Assembly: GCA_963847625.1 (NCBI GenBank)
Contig: CAWKAR010000060.1
Coordinates: 32,001-96,000 of the forward strand
Origin: a candidate division FCPU426 bacterium
Lineage (GTDB): Bacteria > Oederibacteriota > Muellerivitia > Muellerivitales > Muellerivitaceae
Length of the DNA: 64,000 nt
Direction of reading: 5' to 3'
Below the pieces are notes generated by a model that did no database searches, was not told the origin of the DNA, and saw nothing but the letters and a program-made list of their open reading frames with translations. The position numbers were made by a program, and so were the translations under genes. Every line of letters begins with the position of its first letter. Within the stretch, counting starts at the first letter, position 1. Below are positions 38,374 to 48,935 of the stretch, one piece after another.

Positions 38374-39105
38374 AACTGGCCAACCCCCGCCCGGAGTCCC
38401 TCACAGGAAACCCCAATGGCGTATTGCGCCGGGTGCGGCCATGGGTTGGCGCACCGGCTGGTGGCCGAGGTCCTGGATGAGCTGGGAGTGCGGGAGCGGG
38501 CCGTGGGTGTGGCGCCCGTCGGCTGCGCGGTTTTCGCATACGATTACTGGAACTTTGACGTGACCGAGGCTCCCCACGGCCGCACGCCCTGCGTGGCGGC
38601 CGGCATCAAGAGGGTCCTGCCCGACCGGGTGGTGTTCAGCTACCAGGGGGACGGGGACTTGGCCTCCATCGGCATGGGGGAAATCGTGCACACCGCCAAC
38701 CGGGGCGAAAACATCACGGTGGTCTTCATCAACAACGCCAACTACGGCATGACAGGCGGGCAGATGGCGCCCACCACGCCCCTGGGCATGAGGACCGCCA
38801 CCACGCCTTTGGGGCGCACGGCGGTGGACGGGCATCCGTTCCGGATCCCGGAACTCCTGAACGCCCTGGAACCTCCCGTGTACCTGGACCGCCAGTCGCT
38901 TCACGACCCGGCGCACGTCCGGAAGGCCAAGGCCTCCTTGAAAAAGGCGTTCCAGTTCCAAGTGCAGGGCAAGGGTTTCGCCCTGGTGGAACTGCTGTCG
39001 GCCTGCCCGGCCAACTGGGGCATGACTCCAGCAGACGCTATGAAATGGGTGGGCGAGCACATGGTCAAGACATTCCCACTGGGAGTGATTCGGGACAAGT
39101 CTTGA
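38370..39105 (+). CDS. 2-oxoacid:ferredoxin oxidoreductase beta (TPP-binding) subunit; apparent +1 frameshift at 38411-38415
   Basis: YCAGCGHG, PVGC, HGR, YQGDGDLASIG, NN.NYGMTGGQMAPTT; N-terminal MKLANPRPESLT sits in the adjacent frame. Confidence 0.88.
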
Positions 39106-39148
39106 AAGCGGCTGACCCATAAGGAATAACCCATAACGGGAGTTTTTC

Positions 39149-39703
39149 ATGAGGGAAGAATTTCACTTCAGGGGTTCGGGAGGACAGGGCATCCTGCTGA
39201 TGGGGCTCGTGCTGGCTCATTCGGCCCTCAAGGAAGGCCTGCACGTGTCCTGGATCCCCTCCTACGGCGCCGAGCGCCGGGGCGGGCCCTCCTTCTGCGC
39301 GGTCACGGTTTCGGATGAACCCGTGGATTGCCCGCTGACGGACCAGCCTACGTTGCTTTTCACCATGGATCTACGCGCGGCCCGCGCCTATGCACCTTCC
39401 CTGCGACCGGACGCCATCCTGGTTTACAACTCGACGATGGTTTCCGAGCCGCCCGCGGGAAGTTTCAAGGCTTACGGAGTGGAAGCTTCAAGCCTGGCTG
39501 CCGAGGCCAAGCTGGCTCAAGCGGCCAACATGGTGGCCCTCGGAGCGGTTCTGGCGGTCAAGCCCGTGGTGAAACTGCCCACAGTGGCCCAGGCCCTGCC
39601 CACGGTGTTGGGCGACCGCAAGAGCCACCTGGCGCCGGCCAATTTCCACGTGCTGGAATCCGGCTTCAAGGCCGTCCGCCCCTTTTCCCCCGCAGGACAC
39701 TAA
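39149..39703 (+). CDS. 2-oxoacid:ferredoxin oxidoreductase gamma subunit
   Basis: GSGGQGIL, WIPSYGAERRGG, ANMVALGA. Confidence 0.92.
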   Translation: MREEFHFRGSGGQGILLMGLVLAHSALKEGLHVSWIPSYGAERRGGPSFCAVTVSDEPVDCPLTDQPTLLFTMDLRAARAYAPSLRPDAILVYNSTMVSEPPAGSFKAYGVEASSLAAEAKLAQAANMVALGAVLAVKPVVKLPTVAQALPTVLGDRKSHLAPANFHVLESGFKAVRPFSPAGH

Positions 39704-39858
39704 ACCCGGCAAACCCAAACAACCTGCTTCCATTTAATCCGCCAGGGAAATCCAGTTCTTTTATTCCATCTTGGGCGCTGAAAGGCCTTTCGTTTATAAC
39801 CAATGTCTTCATTAGGTTCCTCGTTGCTTATCCACTTTTACCGCGTTAAATTGTTCCC

Positions 39859-41574
39859 ATGCTTAGCCAACTCTCCATAAAAAATTTTGCCATTCTTGAC
39901 TCCATCACCCTGGAGTTCGGCCCAGGATTCAATGTCATGACCGGTGAAACAGGCGCCGGGAAATCCATCATCGTGGACGCCCTTTATTTTCTATTAGGCG
40001 ACCGGATTTCAAACGACATGCTTCGGGCGGGACAGGAAAAGGTGACCGTAGAAGCATTGTTCCAGGTCTCGGGAGACAGCCCCGCCCTCACCAAGCTGTC
40101 GGAATGGGGAATCGAGACCAAAGACCATGAAATCCTGGTCAAGCGGGAATATACCCTTTCCGCCGGAAAAACCCGTAGTTTCATCAACGGAGAAATGGCC
40201 ACCACCGCCATGGTGGACGAGTTGGGAGACTTCCTGGTGGACATCCATGGACAGCATGAACACCAGGCTATTTTCAAAGTGGGGAGGCACCGGCAGCTCA
40301 TCGATTCCTTCGGCCACACGGCCCCGCTCCTGGAAAAAACCGCCCAGGCCTACCAGGCCCTGTCGAAGCTATTGTCGGAACAGGCGGGTCTGGGAGGGGA
40401 TTCCAGGGAAATTGCCCGCAGGACCGATCTTCTGCAGTTTCAGGTGCAGGAATTGGAAGCGGCTGGTTTGGAAAACTTGAATGAGGAAGAACTGCTGAAT
40501 AAATACCAGTTGATGCGTCACGCGGAAAAGATCACCACTCAAGTGACCGAGGCCCAGCGGCTCCTGGACGAGGAAGGAGACGGCGGAGTGACCGGCATGT
40601 TCGGCACCGTGGTCGCGCGCCTGACGGACAGCAACCGTTTGGACCCCGGCCTGGAAAACATGCTTCATGCGGTCAAAACCTTGCAGGAAAACTTGAACCA
40701 GCTTTCATTCGATATCGCCCGGAAACTGGAAAGCTATACCTTCAGCGGCAAGGAGTACCAGGATCTCTCGGATCGGATTGACGGCTTGAATCACTTGAAA
40801 AAAAAATACGGTGACACGTTGGCGGAAATCCTGAATTACCTTAAGAACATCAAAGAAGAATTAAAAAAACTGCTTGGCCGGGAAGATCTTTTGAAAACCC
40901 TGGGGCTTCAAATCGAGAAGGCAGCGGAACAATACCGGCGTTTAGCCGGGGAATTAAGCGCAAAGCGCCTGCAAGCGGGACGGGAACTGGCCAAACAAGT
41001 TCAGGGAACCCTGAAAGAACTGGGCTTACCCCATGCCTTGATGGGCGTCGAGGTAAATCCCCAGGAAGACCCGGGAAGCCCAGTGTTGGAAAACGGCCGA
41101 AGGCTGGCATTGTCGCCCAATGGTTGGGACAAGGTGGAATTCACCTTTTCCGCCAACCCGGGTGAACCCCAAAAACCCCTGGCTAAAGTGGCTTCGGGCG
41201 GTGAAGCCTCCCGTGTCATGTTGGCTTTAAAAGCCGTCTTATCCGAAAGCGACGAGGTTTCCACCCTGATTTTCGACGAGATCGATACGGGGGTGGGGGC
41301 AAGAACTGCCTCAACCGTCGCAGCTCTCCTCGCCGGCCTTTCAAAAAACAAACAGCTTCTATGCATTTCCCACCTTGCCCCGATTGCCGCTATGGGCGAC
41401 TACCACTTCCAGGTGGAAAAAACCTTCATCCATGGCAAAACCGCAATAACTGTCAACCGTTTAACGGAGAAAAATCGGGTTGAAGAATTGGCTAAAATGC
41501 TGGCCGGAGGGCCTGTTTCGGAAACTTCCCGCACACACGCGCGTGAATTATATGGTAAAATGCGCGCGCTTTAG
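39859..41574 (+). CDS. recN: DNA repair protein RecN
   Basis: TGETGAGKS, DIHGQHEHQ, ASGGE.SR, IFDEIDTG, ISHL, E.AKML.G. Confidence 0.96.
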   Translation: MLSQLSIKNFAILDSITLEFGPGFNVMTGETGAGKSIIVDALYFLLGDRISNDMLRAGQEKVTVEALFQVSGDSPALTKLSEWGIETKDHEILVKREYTLSAGKTRSFINGEMATTAMVDELGDFLVDIHGQHEHQAIFKVGRHRQLIDSFGHTAPLLEKTAQAYQALSKLLSEQAGLGGDSREIARRTDLLQFQVQELEAAGLENLNEEELLNKYQLMRHAEKITTQVTEAQRLLDEEGDGGVTGMFGTVVARLTDSNRLDPGLENMLHAVKTLQENLNQLSFDIARKLESYTFSGKEYQDLSDRIDGLNHLKKKYGDTLAEILNYLKNIKEELKKLLGREDLLKTLGLQIEKAAEQYRRLAGELSAKRLQAGRELAKQVQGTLKELGLPHALMGVEVNPQEDPGSPVLENGRRLALSPNGWDKVEFTFSANPGEPQKPLAKVASGGEASRVMLALKAVLSESDEVSTLIFDEIDTGVGARTASTVAALLAGLSKNKQLLCISHLAPIAAMGDYHFQVEKTFIHGKTAITVNRLTEKNRVEELAKMLAGGPVSETSRTHARELYGKMRAL

Positions 41575-41638
41575 TAAAAGCGTCACGGCAAATTAAATGT
41601 TCGTGATTGTGCCGAAAAAAATTCCTTGGAGGAGCTAC

Positions 41639-42529
41639 ATGAAGCTTTTCACCCGGTTGATGGTAGGTGGTTTAGCCCTTGCGTTGGTTTTGAGTCTGGG
41701 CGCAGGGACCGCGAACGCCGCTTCGAAGAAGAAAAAAGCTGTTGTGAAAAAGCAAACACACGAGGTGCGCCACGTAAGGGAAAAAAAGGAAGTGATCGAT
41801 GGTTTAAATACCAGCGGCAAACCTGGTTATTTCATCAGTGATACGGCGGCCGTTTTGAATCAAAACCAAATCGTAGGGGCTGCCCACCTGACTTTTGATT
41901 CATGGGGAAGTGTCTTGCAGATTCCAGTTGGAGTTAGTTATGGGATAACGGACAAGCTCATGGTCAATGTCAATACTTCCTTTTTTACTGCCGGGGGCGT
42001 GAGCGGCCTCTATTACCTGAATTTTGGTGGAAAGTATGGGTTCAAGAACGTTGGGGATACCAATAATTTGGACGTAGCCGCTGGACTTGATTTTGGAATA
42101 GGCCCTCTTTCAAACACCATTTACGGTTTTAGCACCTTCGCCTTTGACCCCTATGGGGTGGTGACTTATACATTAAAAGACGGATTACAGTTGAATGGGA
42201 AACTGGGGTTGTATGTAACTTCCTATAGCATCAATGTTCCATATCTCATCAGTTTTTTACCCGTGCAATGGGGAACCCATTCGGTTTCATACTCCTATTC
42301 CGATTTCCAGTTGGATTTGGGAGCCGCCTATCCTTTCAGCCGCGATTTGACGGGTATTGCCGAATTGGCCACCAACGGGGTGGTGGGGAATGGCGCGAGC
42401 GGGGGAACCCCACTCTTGGTTGGTATCCGAACCGGGAAAGATGTCCAGTTCCAAGCCTTCGGTGGATTTGATTTTGGGGGATCGGTTGGTTTGTTCATCG
42501 GCGGCGGCGTCGCCATCTTTTCAAAATAA
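41639..42529 (+). CDS. Secreted protein, probably an outer-membrane beta-barrel
   Basis: GGAGGAG RBS, signal peptide ending ANA, Lys-rich segment, alternating Gly/aromatic strands (VGVSYGI, LNFGGKYGF, LDLGAAYPF). Confidence 0.6.
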   Translation: MKLFTRLMVGGLALALVLSLGAGTANAASKKKKAVVKKQTHEVRHVREKKEVIDGLNTSGKPGYFISDTAAVLNQNQIVGAAHLTFDSWGSVLQIPVGVSYGITDKLMVNVNTSFFTAGGVSGLYYLNFGGKYGFKNVGDTNNLDVAAGLDFGIGPLSNTIYGFSTFAFDPYGVVTYTLKDGLQLNGKLGLYVTSYSINVPYLISFLPVQWGTHSVSYSYSDFQLDLGAAYPFSRDLTGIAELATNGVVGNGASGGTPLLVGIRTGKDVQFQAFGGFDFGGSVGLFIGGGVAIFSK

Positions 42530-42541
42530 AAGAATCAATTT

Positions 42542-42580
42542 AAAAAGGCTGGTTCTCTCTTGAGGGAACCAGCTTTTTTT
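42542..42580 (+). terminator. Intrinsic (bidirectional-type) terminator
   Basis: AAAAAGGCTGGTTCTCTC-TT-GAGGGAACCAGCTTTTTTT. Confidence 0.85.
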
Positions 42581-42758
42581 ATTATGTAACCACCATTGAT
42601 CCCATTCAGTTCCTTGTGAACAAACTCCAATTTTCCTATAATCCAAAGGCTTGAAAATACTGATTTTTTTGGTTGTTTAACTCTGATTAGATTCTTGCCA
42701 CAGTAGATACCCATGGGCAAGCCCGTGGAACTCTAACCGGCGATAATTAGAATTTCAA

Positions 42759-43511
42759 ATGGAGGCAGGTTCCTTGACCGTTTCCGAATCAACCCACCCC
42801 CAACCTCAAAAGCCAACCGCCCGGCCCACCGTCTGGCGCCAAATCGCCGGATTGTTCGTAGACCTTTTATTCAGCGCCTTCATCGGATGGGTAGTTTGTT
42901 TTACCTTCGGCTGGCAGACCTATTGGACCTCCCTGTCCCTCCTTCTTTGGGTCGGCGAGGTTTTTTGGTGCAGGGACCGTTTGAAACCCACGGCGGGGGA
43001 GTACTTCCTGGGAATCCGTTATTTGACCTCCGCTTCAAGCCAGGTGGTTGCCGACATTAAAATCATACACCCGAAATTAAAATTAAACGGTTTTATCCTT
43101 TTTGCAGGGGTATTGGAATTAACCTTATCCATTCTTTTCTTCAGCGGGTGGACCCTCCTGGCAAAATCCGTTATTGGCGGAATCATTATCAGCCCTCCGT
43201 TATCCTTGGTTTATTGGGCGGTTTACGGTTTGGGTTTATTCGCCTGTGGCGCTTCCTTCCTGGGCGGTTCGAAAAACATCTTTTGGGTGGTACCGGTCAT
43301 CCATGGCTGGTTCCTGGCAGATTTTCATTTGAGTTGCCGGGTCTGGGAAGGAATATTGAAGACCGAAATGACGATCACTCCCGGCGCCTCCACCGCCTTA
43401 TGGGAATCCCTTTCCAAAGTCCAGCCTCCCAGTATGCTTGTGACTTTTTTAGTCTGGACCGCATTTCTAGCGCTGGTTATTTTCTTTTCCCGCAAGCTGA
43501 TGGTGAATTAA
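42759..43511 (+). CDS. Membrane protein with RDD-like N-terminus
   Basis: WRQIAGLFVD and T.GE..LGIR motifs; several TM segments. Confidence 0.55.
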   Translation: MEAGSLTVSESTHPQPQKPTARPTVWRQIAGLFVDLLFSAFIGWVVCFTFGWQTYWTSLSLLLWVGEVFWCRDRLKPTAGEYFLGIRYLTSASSQVVADIKIIHPKLKLNGFILFAGVLELTLSILFFSGWTLLAKSVIGGIIISPPLSLVYWAVYGLGLFACGASFLGGSKNIFWVVPVIHGWFLADFHLSCRVWEGILKTEMTITPGASTALWESLSKVQPPSMLVTFLVWTAFLALVIFFSRKLMVN

Positions 43512-43613
43512 AGGCCCTGCCGCCCCTGTTTCTCGGCGGAAAACCCATGGCTGACAGTTGATTCTCTCTTGCGTATAATTCCAATTCGTAAATGAAACAT
43601 TCGAAAGGCCCAG

Positions 43614-46124
43614 ATGGAAGCTTATAACTTCGCTGAAATTGAACAAAGATGGAAAAAAACTTGGGAGGAAAAAGGCATTTTTTCCTGTGATCTTTCCAAC
43701 AAAAACAAGAAATATTACACCCTGGTCATGTTTCCTTACCCCTCGGGTGATTATCTGCATGCGGGCCATGGGCGTAACTACATCATCGGGGACGCAGTTT
43801 ACCGATATTTCAGGGCACTGGGTTTCAACACCTTGAACCCCATGGGCTTTGACGCCTTCGGACTACCGGCAGAAAACGCCGCCATCCAAAAAGGAATCCA
43901 CCCCGAGGATTGGACCCTGGGCAACATCGAACGGATGAAAGGCCAATTTTACGATTGGGGAATGGGTTATGACTGGGAAAAAGAGGTGATTTCCTGTCTC
44001 CCCAATTATTACCGTTGGACGCAATGGATCTTCCTGAAACTTTACGAGAAAGGGCTGGCCTATCGAAAAAAAGCCTACGTGAATTGGTGTCCCTCCTGCC
44101 TGACGGTCCTGGCCAACGAGCAAGTAGTGGATCAGAAATGCGAAAGATGTGATTCGCCGGTGGAACAAAAAGACCTTGAACAATGGTTCTTCAAAATCAC
44201 GGATTACGCAGAAAGGCTTTTGAAGGATATCGACCGTCTGGAAGAATGGCCGGAACGGGTAAAAAGCATGCAAAAAAACTGGATCGGCCGAAGCGAGGGG
44301 GCCGAAGTCCGTTTCAAGGTTGAAGGGAAGGATGAGACGATCACCGTCTTCACAACCCGGCCAGACACGCTTTTCGGGGCCACTTACATGGTTTTAGCCC
44401 CGGAACACCCCCTAGTATCTTCCTTGGTAAAAGGAACCGTCAAAGAAAAGGAAGTAAAGGCATTCAGCGATAAGGTTAGAAAGCAAAGTTCGATGGATCG
44501 GATCGGCGAGAACGCCGAGAAAATAGGGTTGGATATCGGCGTAAAAGCCATCAACCCCGTCAACAAAAAATCCATCCCCATCTACATTGCCAATTACGTA
44601 CTCATGGAATACGGAACCGGAGCCATCATGGCTGTCCCGGCTCATGACACACGTGACTTTGAATTCGCAAAAAAATACAACATTCCTATTATCCAAGTCA
44701 TTCAAGACCCGGATGAAGATCTCAAAAAATCCCAGGCAGCCACAAAGGGAAAGATGTATGACCCTTTGGCCCAGGCCTTCACGGGGGACGGTATCCACAT
44801 CAATTCCGGTTTTCTCGATCAATTGAATCTTCAGGATTCCATCATCCAGATGAACAAGTGGCTTGAATCCAACCATTTTGGCAAGAGCGCTGTCACCTAC
44901 CGGCTGAGGGACTGGCTCATCTCCCGCCAAAGGTATTGGGGGGCCCCGATCCCCATGGTTCGATGCGAAAAATGCGGGTGGGTTCCGATTCCGGAGAAAG
45001 ATTTACCGGTAAAATTGCCCCGCGACGTGAAATTCAAACCCACCGGGGAATCGCCCTTGAAAGACGTTCCGGAATTCGTCAAGACGAAATGTCCCAAATG
45101 CGGACAAGAAGCCCGCCGGGAAACCGACACCATGGACACCTTCGTGGACTCCAGCTGGTATTACCTGCGTTATGTGTCGGCCCAAGACAGTAATCAGGCC
45201 TTCGATTCCAAGTTGGCCAACGGTTGGCTGCCGGTAGACCAGTACATCGGGGGAGTAGAGCACGCCATATTGCACCTCCTTTATTCCCGGTTTATCACCA
45301 AAGTCCTGAAGGACCTGGGCTACATCCAATTCGACGAACCATTTAAAAGACTATTCACCCAGGGCATGATCACCAAGGGCGGCGTGAAAATGTCGAAAAG
45401 CAAGGGAAACGCCGTCCAACCCGACCAGTTGATAAATAAATTCGGCTCGGATACCTTCCGGCTTTATACTCTTTTCATCGGTCCCCCCGAAAGGGATGTG
45501 GAATGGGACGACCGCGCGGTGGAAGGGGCCTTTCGGTTCCTAAACCGGGTCTGGAGGCTCTTCCAAGAGTTCCTGGCCCTCCCGGATGCTCTGCGGGAAG
45601 CGCCCCCAGTGGCTGTGACGGAAATGGATGGGGCCGTCCGCCGAAAAATCCACCAAACGATCCAAAAAGTCACCCAGGACATGACTGGAGGTTTCAAGTT
45701 CAACACGGCGGTCTCGGCCATGATGGAATTAGTCAACCTTCTTTACGAATACCGCGACCAGCCCGACGCGAAGACCCCGATTTTGAGGGAAGCTCTCGTG
45801 TCTCTCGTGAGACTGATGGGGCCCTTTACACCTCACATCGCCGAGGAAATGTGGGGCCGTTTAGAAAATGGAAAATATCTATTGGATTCCGGTTGGCCCC
45901 AGTTTGATCCGGCTCTTTTAATTGCCGAAAAGGTCGAAATAGCCGTACAAGTGAATGGAAAATTGAGGGCCCGGTTGACGGTTCCTGTGGGGCTGGATGA
46001 GAAGGCAATTCGGGAAATATCAAAATCCGACGAGAAAATTTCCCGGTTATTCAACCCAGATCAGATTCAGAAAATCATATGGGTCAAGGACAAGTTGGTT
46101 AATTTCATCGTGCGCCAAACCTGA
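43614..46124 (+). CDS. leuS: Leucine--tRNA ligase
   Basis: MFPYPSG..LHAGH, FTTRPDT, RDWLISRQRYWG, GGVEHAILHLLY, KMSKS. Confidence 0.98.
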   Translation: MEAYNFAEIEQRWKKTWEEKGIFSCDLSNKNKKYYTLVMFPYPSGDYLHAGHGRNYIIGDAVYRYFRALGFNTLNPMGFDAFGLPAENAAIQKGIHPEDWTLGNIERMKGQFYDWGMGYDWEKEVISCLPNYYRWTQWIFLKLYEKGLAYRKKAYVNWCPSCLTVLANEQVVDQKCERCDSPVEQKDLEQWFFKITDYAERLLKDIDRLEEWPERVKSMQKNWIGRSEGAEVRFKVEGKDETITVFTTRPDTLFGATYMVLAPEHPLVSSLVKGTVKEKEVKAFSDKVRKQSSMDRIGENAEKIGLDIGVKAINPVNKKSIPIYIANYVLMEYGTGAIMAVPAHDTRDFEFAKKYNIPIIQVIQDPDEDLKKSQAATKGKMYDPLAQAFTGDGIHINSGFLDQLNLQDSIIQMNKWLESNHFGKSAVTYRLRDWLISRQRYWGAPIPMVRCEKCGWVPIPEKDLPVKLPRDVKFKPTGESPLKDVPEFVKTKCPKCGQEARRETDTMDTFVDSSWYYLRYVSAQDSNQAFDSKLANGWLPVDQYIGGVEHAILHLLYSRFITKVLKDLGYIQFDEPFKRLFTQGMITKGGVKMSKSKGNAVQPDQLINKFGSDTFRLYTLFIGPPERDVEWDDRAVEGAFRFLNRVWRLFQEFLALPDALREAPPVAVTEMDGAVRRKIHQTIQKVTQDMTGGFKFNTAVSAMMELVNLLYEYRDQPDAKTPILREALVSLVRLMGPFTPHIAEEMWGRLENGKYLLDSGWPQFDPALLIAEKVEIAVQVNGKLRARLTVPVGLDEKAIREISKSDEKISRLFNPDQIQKIIWVKDKLVNFIVRQT

Positions 46125-46155
46125 ACTCTCGGCTATTTAAGATGAAGAGGTTAAA

Positions 46156-46686
46156 TTGGTTAAAACAAATATTCTTTTGCAAAAGCTTTTGCCCATTGCC
46201 CTGACATTCTTTTGTTTGTCGCCAATTATGGGATGCAGGCCGGCTGTTTTGATCGTGCCTTCCTACATCAAAACAGTGGGAGTGGACCCGGTTGATAATC
46301 GTACGAGCGAGTATGGGTTGGATACGGATTTAACTGCGTCACTCATCCGTAATTTTCAATATGACGGGCGACTGGGAATCGAGAATCCAGATAAAGCCGA
46401 CCTCCGGGTGAAGGTCACCATCCGCCAATATATAGAACAACCTATCTATTTCGACCCCAAAACTAATGTGGTACTCCAGTACCAAATCTCGGTGATTTAC
46501 GATTTGGCGGCGCTCGACACACAAGAAAATAAAACCTTTATGGAAGACGCTCAAAAAAACCATAGCATCATTTATTACACCCCCAACTACGCTGGGGCTG
46601 TTCCCGAAACCAAACCCCAGGCCGTCGCGCGCCTGGAGGATGAGTTGGCAAGATTGATAGTCCGTAGAGTTTTAGAGGGTTATTAA
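46156..46686 (+). CDS. lptE: LPS assembly lipoprotein LptE
   Basis: Lipobox IMGC, P.YIKT..V....N.T...GL, leuS-lptE-holA synteny. Confidence 0.75.
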   Translation: MVKTNILLQKLLPIALTFFCLSPIMGCRPAVLIVPSYIKTVGVDPVDNRTSEYGLDTDLTASLIRNFQYDGRLGIENPDKADLRVKVTIRQYIEQPIYFDPKTNVVLQYQISVIYDLAALDTQENKTFMEDAQKNHSIIYYTPNYAGAVPETKPQAVARLEDELARLIVRRVLEGY

Positions 46687-46727
46687 CTCCTCACTCATTA
46701 AAAATTCGGTACTTAAAAGGTTAAAAA

Positions 46728-47438
46728 ATGAATAAAAAAATATTTGGATGGATTGTCCTTTTTCTTCTAATGGCCGTACCAATTTCCCCAGTTTCAGGGG
46801 ACCTGGAATGGATCACCGGCGGGACCCCAAAAAACACCTCCGACAAACCGGGAGGAGCGGTTATTCAAGACGCCCCAGGGGTGGAAAATCACCCAACTCC
46901 CGCTAGTAATCAAAACGTCATTCTCAGCCACCTCATCACCTGCACGGCCATCAACAATCACTATCCTTCCGATAGTGTGAATTACTTTTTCCTCAATAAA
47001 AACCACCAGATTTGTTTTTACGCATATTTCCTCATGAAGCCCTCCAGCCGGATACACTCCGCCACAGCCGAATGCTTTTCGCCCAACAACCTATTGATTG
47101 CCCGTTACGAACGGGAATATCAGGTGGGGTTTACCGACCAACTTTTGACAATTCAAAACGAAACCTACCAGTTTTTTATTTTGGAGATGAGCCTGGGCAT
47201 GGAAAAAATGCGGAGTGAATACGGCCAAACTGGCTTGCCACGGGATACTGGCCTTTATACGATCCACTTAAGCGTGGATGGGGAACTGGTTGGAATAACC
47301 TTTTTCTACGTACGGCCCGAGGAATGGAAAACAACACCTGTTCCGACTGTCGCGCCTGTTTCGCCCAAATCCGGCGAAAATCTCCTCCCTATGAGTACGC
47401 CATTCTCCAATATTCCCATACCAAAAGGCATTCAATGA
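46728..47438 (+). CDS. Secreted hypothetical protein (Ig-like beta content)
   Basis: Signal peptide, G.YTI.LSVDG strand motif, Pro-rich tail. Confidence 0.6.
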   Translation: MNKKIFGWIVLFLLMAVPISPVSGDLEWITGGTPKNTSDKPGGAVIQDAPGVENHPTPASNQNVILSHLITCTAINNHYPSDSVNYFFLNKNHQICFYAYFLMKPSSRIHSATAECFSPNNLLIARYEREYQVGFTDQLLTIQNETYQFFILEMSLGMEKMRSEYGQTGLPRDTGLYTIHLSVDGELVGITFFYVRPEEWKTTPVPTVAPVSPKSGENLLPMSTPFSNIPIPKGIQ

Positions 47439-47539
47439 TTCCTGGCTTTTGTTTTAAACGGTCCTTTTTGGAAAGAAAAACCAAATAAAAAAAACCCGAG
47501 GTTGTCACGGTTGGGTTTCTAATTTTCCTGGAGTTTTAC

Positions 47540-48589
47540 TTGTATTTCGATGAATTTACGAAAAGGTTGAAAAAAGATCCCCTACCCAATCTTCTCTTTT
47601 TTTATGGAGATTCGGGCGGAGTTATCTCCGAGGGATACCGTGCCGTCAAAAATAAATTCTTCGCTGCCAACCCGGACGGCGCGATTGAGAATTTCGACGC
47701 GGATGAATGCGGTCTTTCTCAAATTCTTTCTGCCGCTCAAACCTCTTCTCTTTTCGCCCGACTTCAACTGCTGATCGTAAAAAACGCTGAAAATATTTTC
47801 AGCGGCAAGTCCGATGAGTCTGTTCAACAATTATCTGAATATTGCAAAAATCCAAATTCTTCGTCGCATTTGATTTTCTTGGCTGCGGGGATGAGGAAAA
47901 CCGCCAAAGTTATAATCTTGGCGGAAAAAAACGGGTGGGCGGTTCAATGTTCTGATATCCCCGAATGGAAAATAACAGCTTGGCTTCAAGAACAATGTCG
48001 GTCAAAGGGAATTACATTAAATGAGGAGGGTTCCCGGGAACTAGTTTCAAAAATCGGCATGGACATTTCCTTTCTTCAACGGGCATTGGAGAACCTCTCT
48101 ATTTATCTTTACCCCGGAAAAACCGCCACCCTGGATGACGTCCGTAACTTCCCAGAGCCGGGAATCGGCTCTGGGATTTTCATTTTTCTCGACGCTGTCG
48201 GAACACGAAATGTTAAAAACACTTTGAAACTATTGCATCTCATGCGCAATGAGAATGATGGAGGCATCCTTTCGATGCTCTACGGCAGGATGCGGGAACT
48301 GCTCCAAATATCCATCGGAAGATCGAAAGGATTGGATCAAACTACCCTAGCCCATCAATTGGGCCTTCACCCCTTTCGTCTAAAGAATCTTTGGATTCAA
48401 AGTGAAAGATTTTCTACCGAAGAATTGAAACGAGCCCTGAAAAAATTGATTCAACTTCAATCGGGAGCCATTTCCGGGCGGTTGGGAAAAGAAGTCGTAC
48501 TTATATCGCTTGAAAATTGGATTTTAAGCTTGGATCGAAAAAACAAGCAAACATCGCCTGATTCAAGGGAAAAAGTAGCGGCCCGCTAA
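47540..48589 (+). CDS. holA: DNA polymerase III delta subunit
   Basis: LFFYGD, T.SLF...L.IV, IF.F.DA, LGLHPF; adjacent to rpsT. Confidence 0.85.
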   Translation: MYFDEFTKRLKKDPLPNLLFFYGDSGGVISEGYRAVKNKFFAANPDGAIENFDADECGLSQILSAAQTSSLFARLQLLIVKNAENIFSGKSDESVQQLSEYCKNPNSSSHLIFLAAGMRKTAKVIILAEKNGWAVQCSDIPEWKITAWLQEQCRSKGITLNEEGSRELVSKIGMDISFLQRALENLSIYLYPGKTATLDDVRNFPEPGIGSGIFIFLDAVGTRNVKNTLKLLHLMRNENDGGILSMLYGRMRELLQISIGRSKGLDQTTLAHQLGLHPFRLKNLWIQSERFSTEELKRALKKLIQLQSGAISGRLGKEVVLISLENWILSLDRKNKQTSPDSREKVAAR

Positions 48590-48599
48590 ACCTTTGGGT

Positions 48600-48863
48600 T
48601 TAAGCTTTTTTGAACTTTTTATGGACAATGGTGGAAAGGCGAGAGATGTGCCGTGACGCGTTGTTGCGCTTGATGACGTCCTTGGCGCAGGCTTGGTCCA
48701 ACACCTTCATGGCAAGGATCAGGTTTTTCTTGGCTTCTTCCTCGGTCTGGGCAGTGCGGACGGTTTTAATGATGGTTCGGATCTTGTTTTTCAACGCGGA
48801 ATTGCGGGCTGTCCTTGTTTTGGTACGGCGTATATCCTTCATGGATGACTTAATAATCGGCAT
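48600..48863 (-). CDS. rpsT: 30S ribosomal protein S20
   Basis: MPIIKSS.K..R......RN, IKRNNASRHISRL; GGAGG RBS. Confidence 0.95.
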   Translation of the reverse strand: MPIIKSSMKDIRRTKTRTARNSALKNKIRTIIKTVRTAQTEEEAKKNLILAMKVLDQACAKDVIKRNNASRHISRLSTIVHKKFKKA

Positions 48864-48935
48864 GAATCCTCCAAATAGGGCGTCAGGATGCGAAACGGAG
48901 GCATATGGTAAACAATGTGTCGGGAGCTGTCAATA

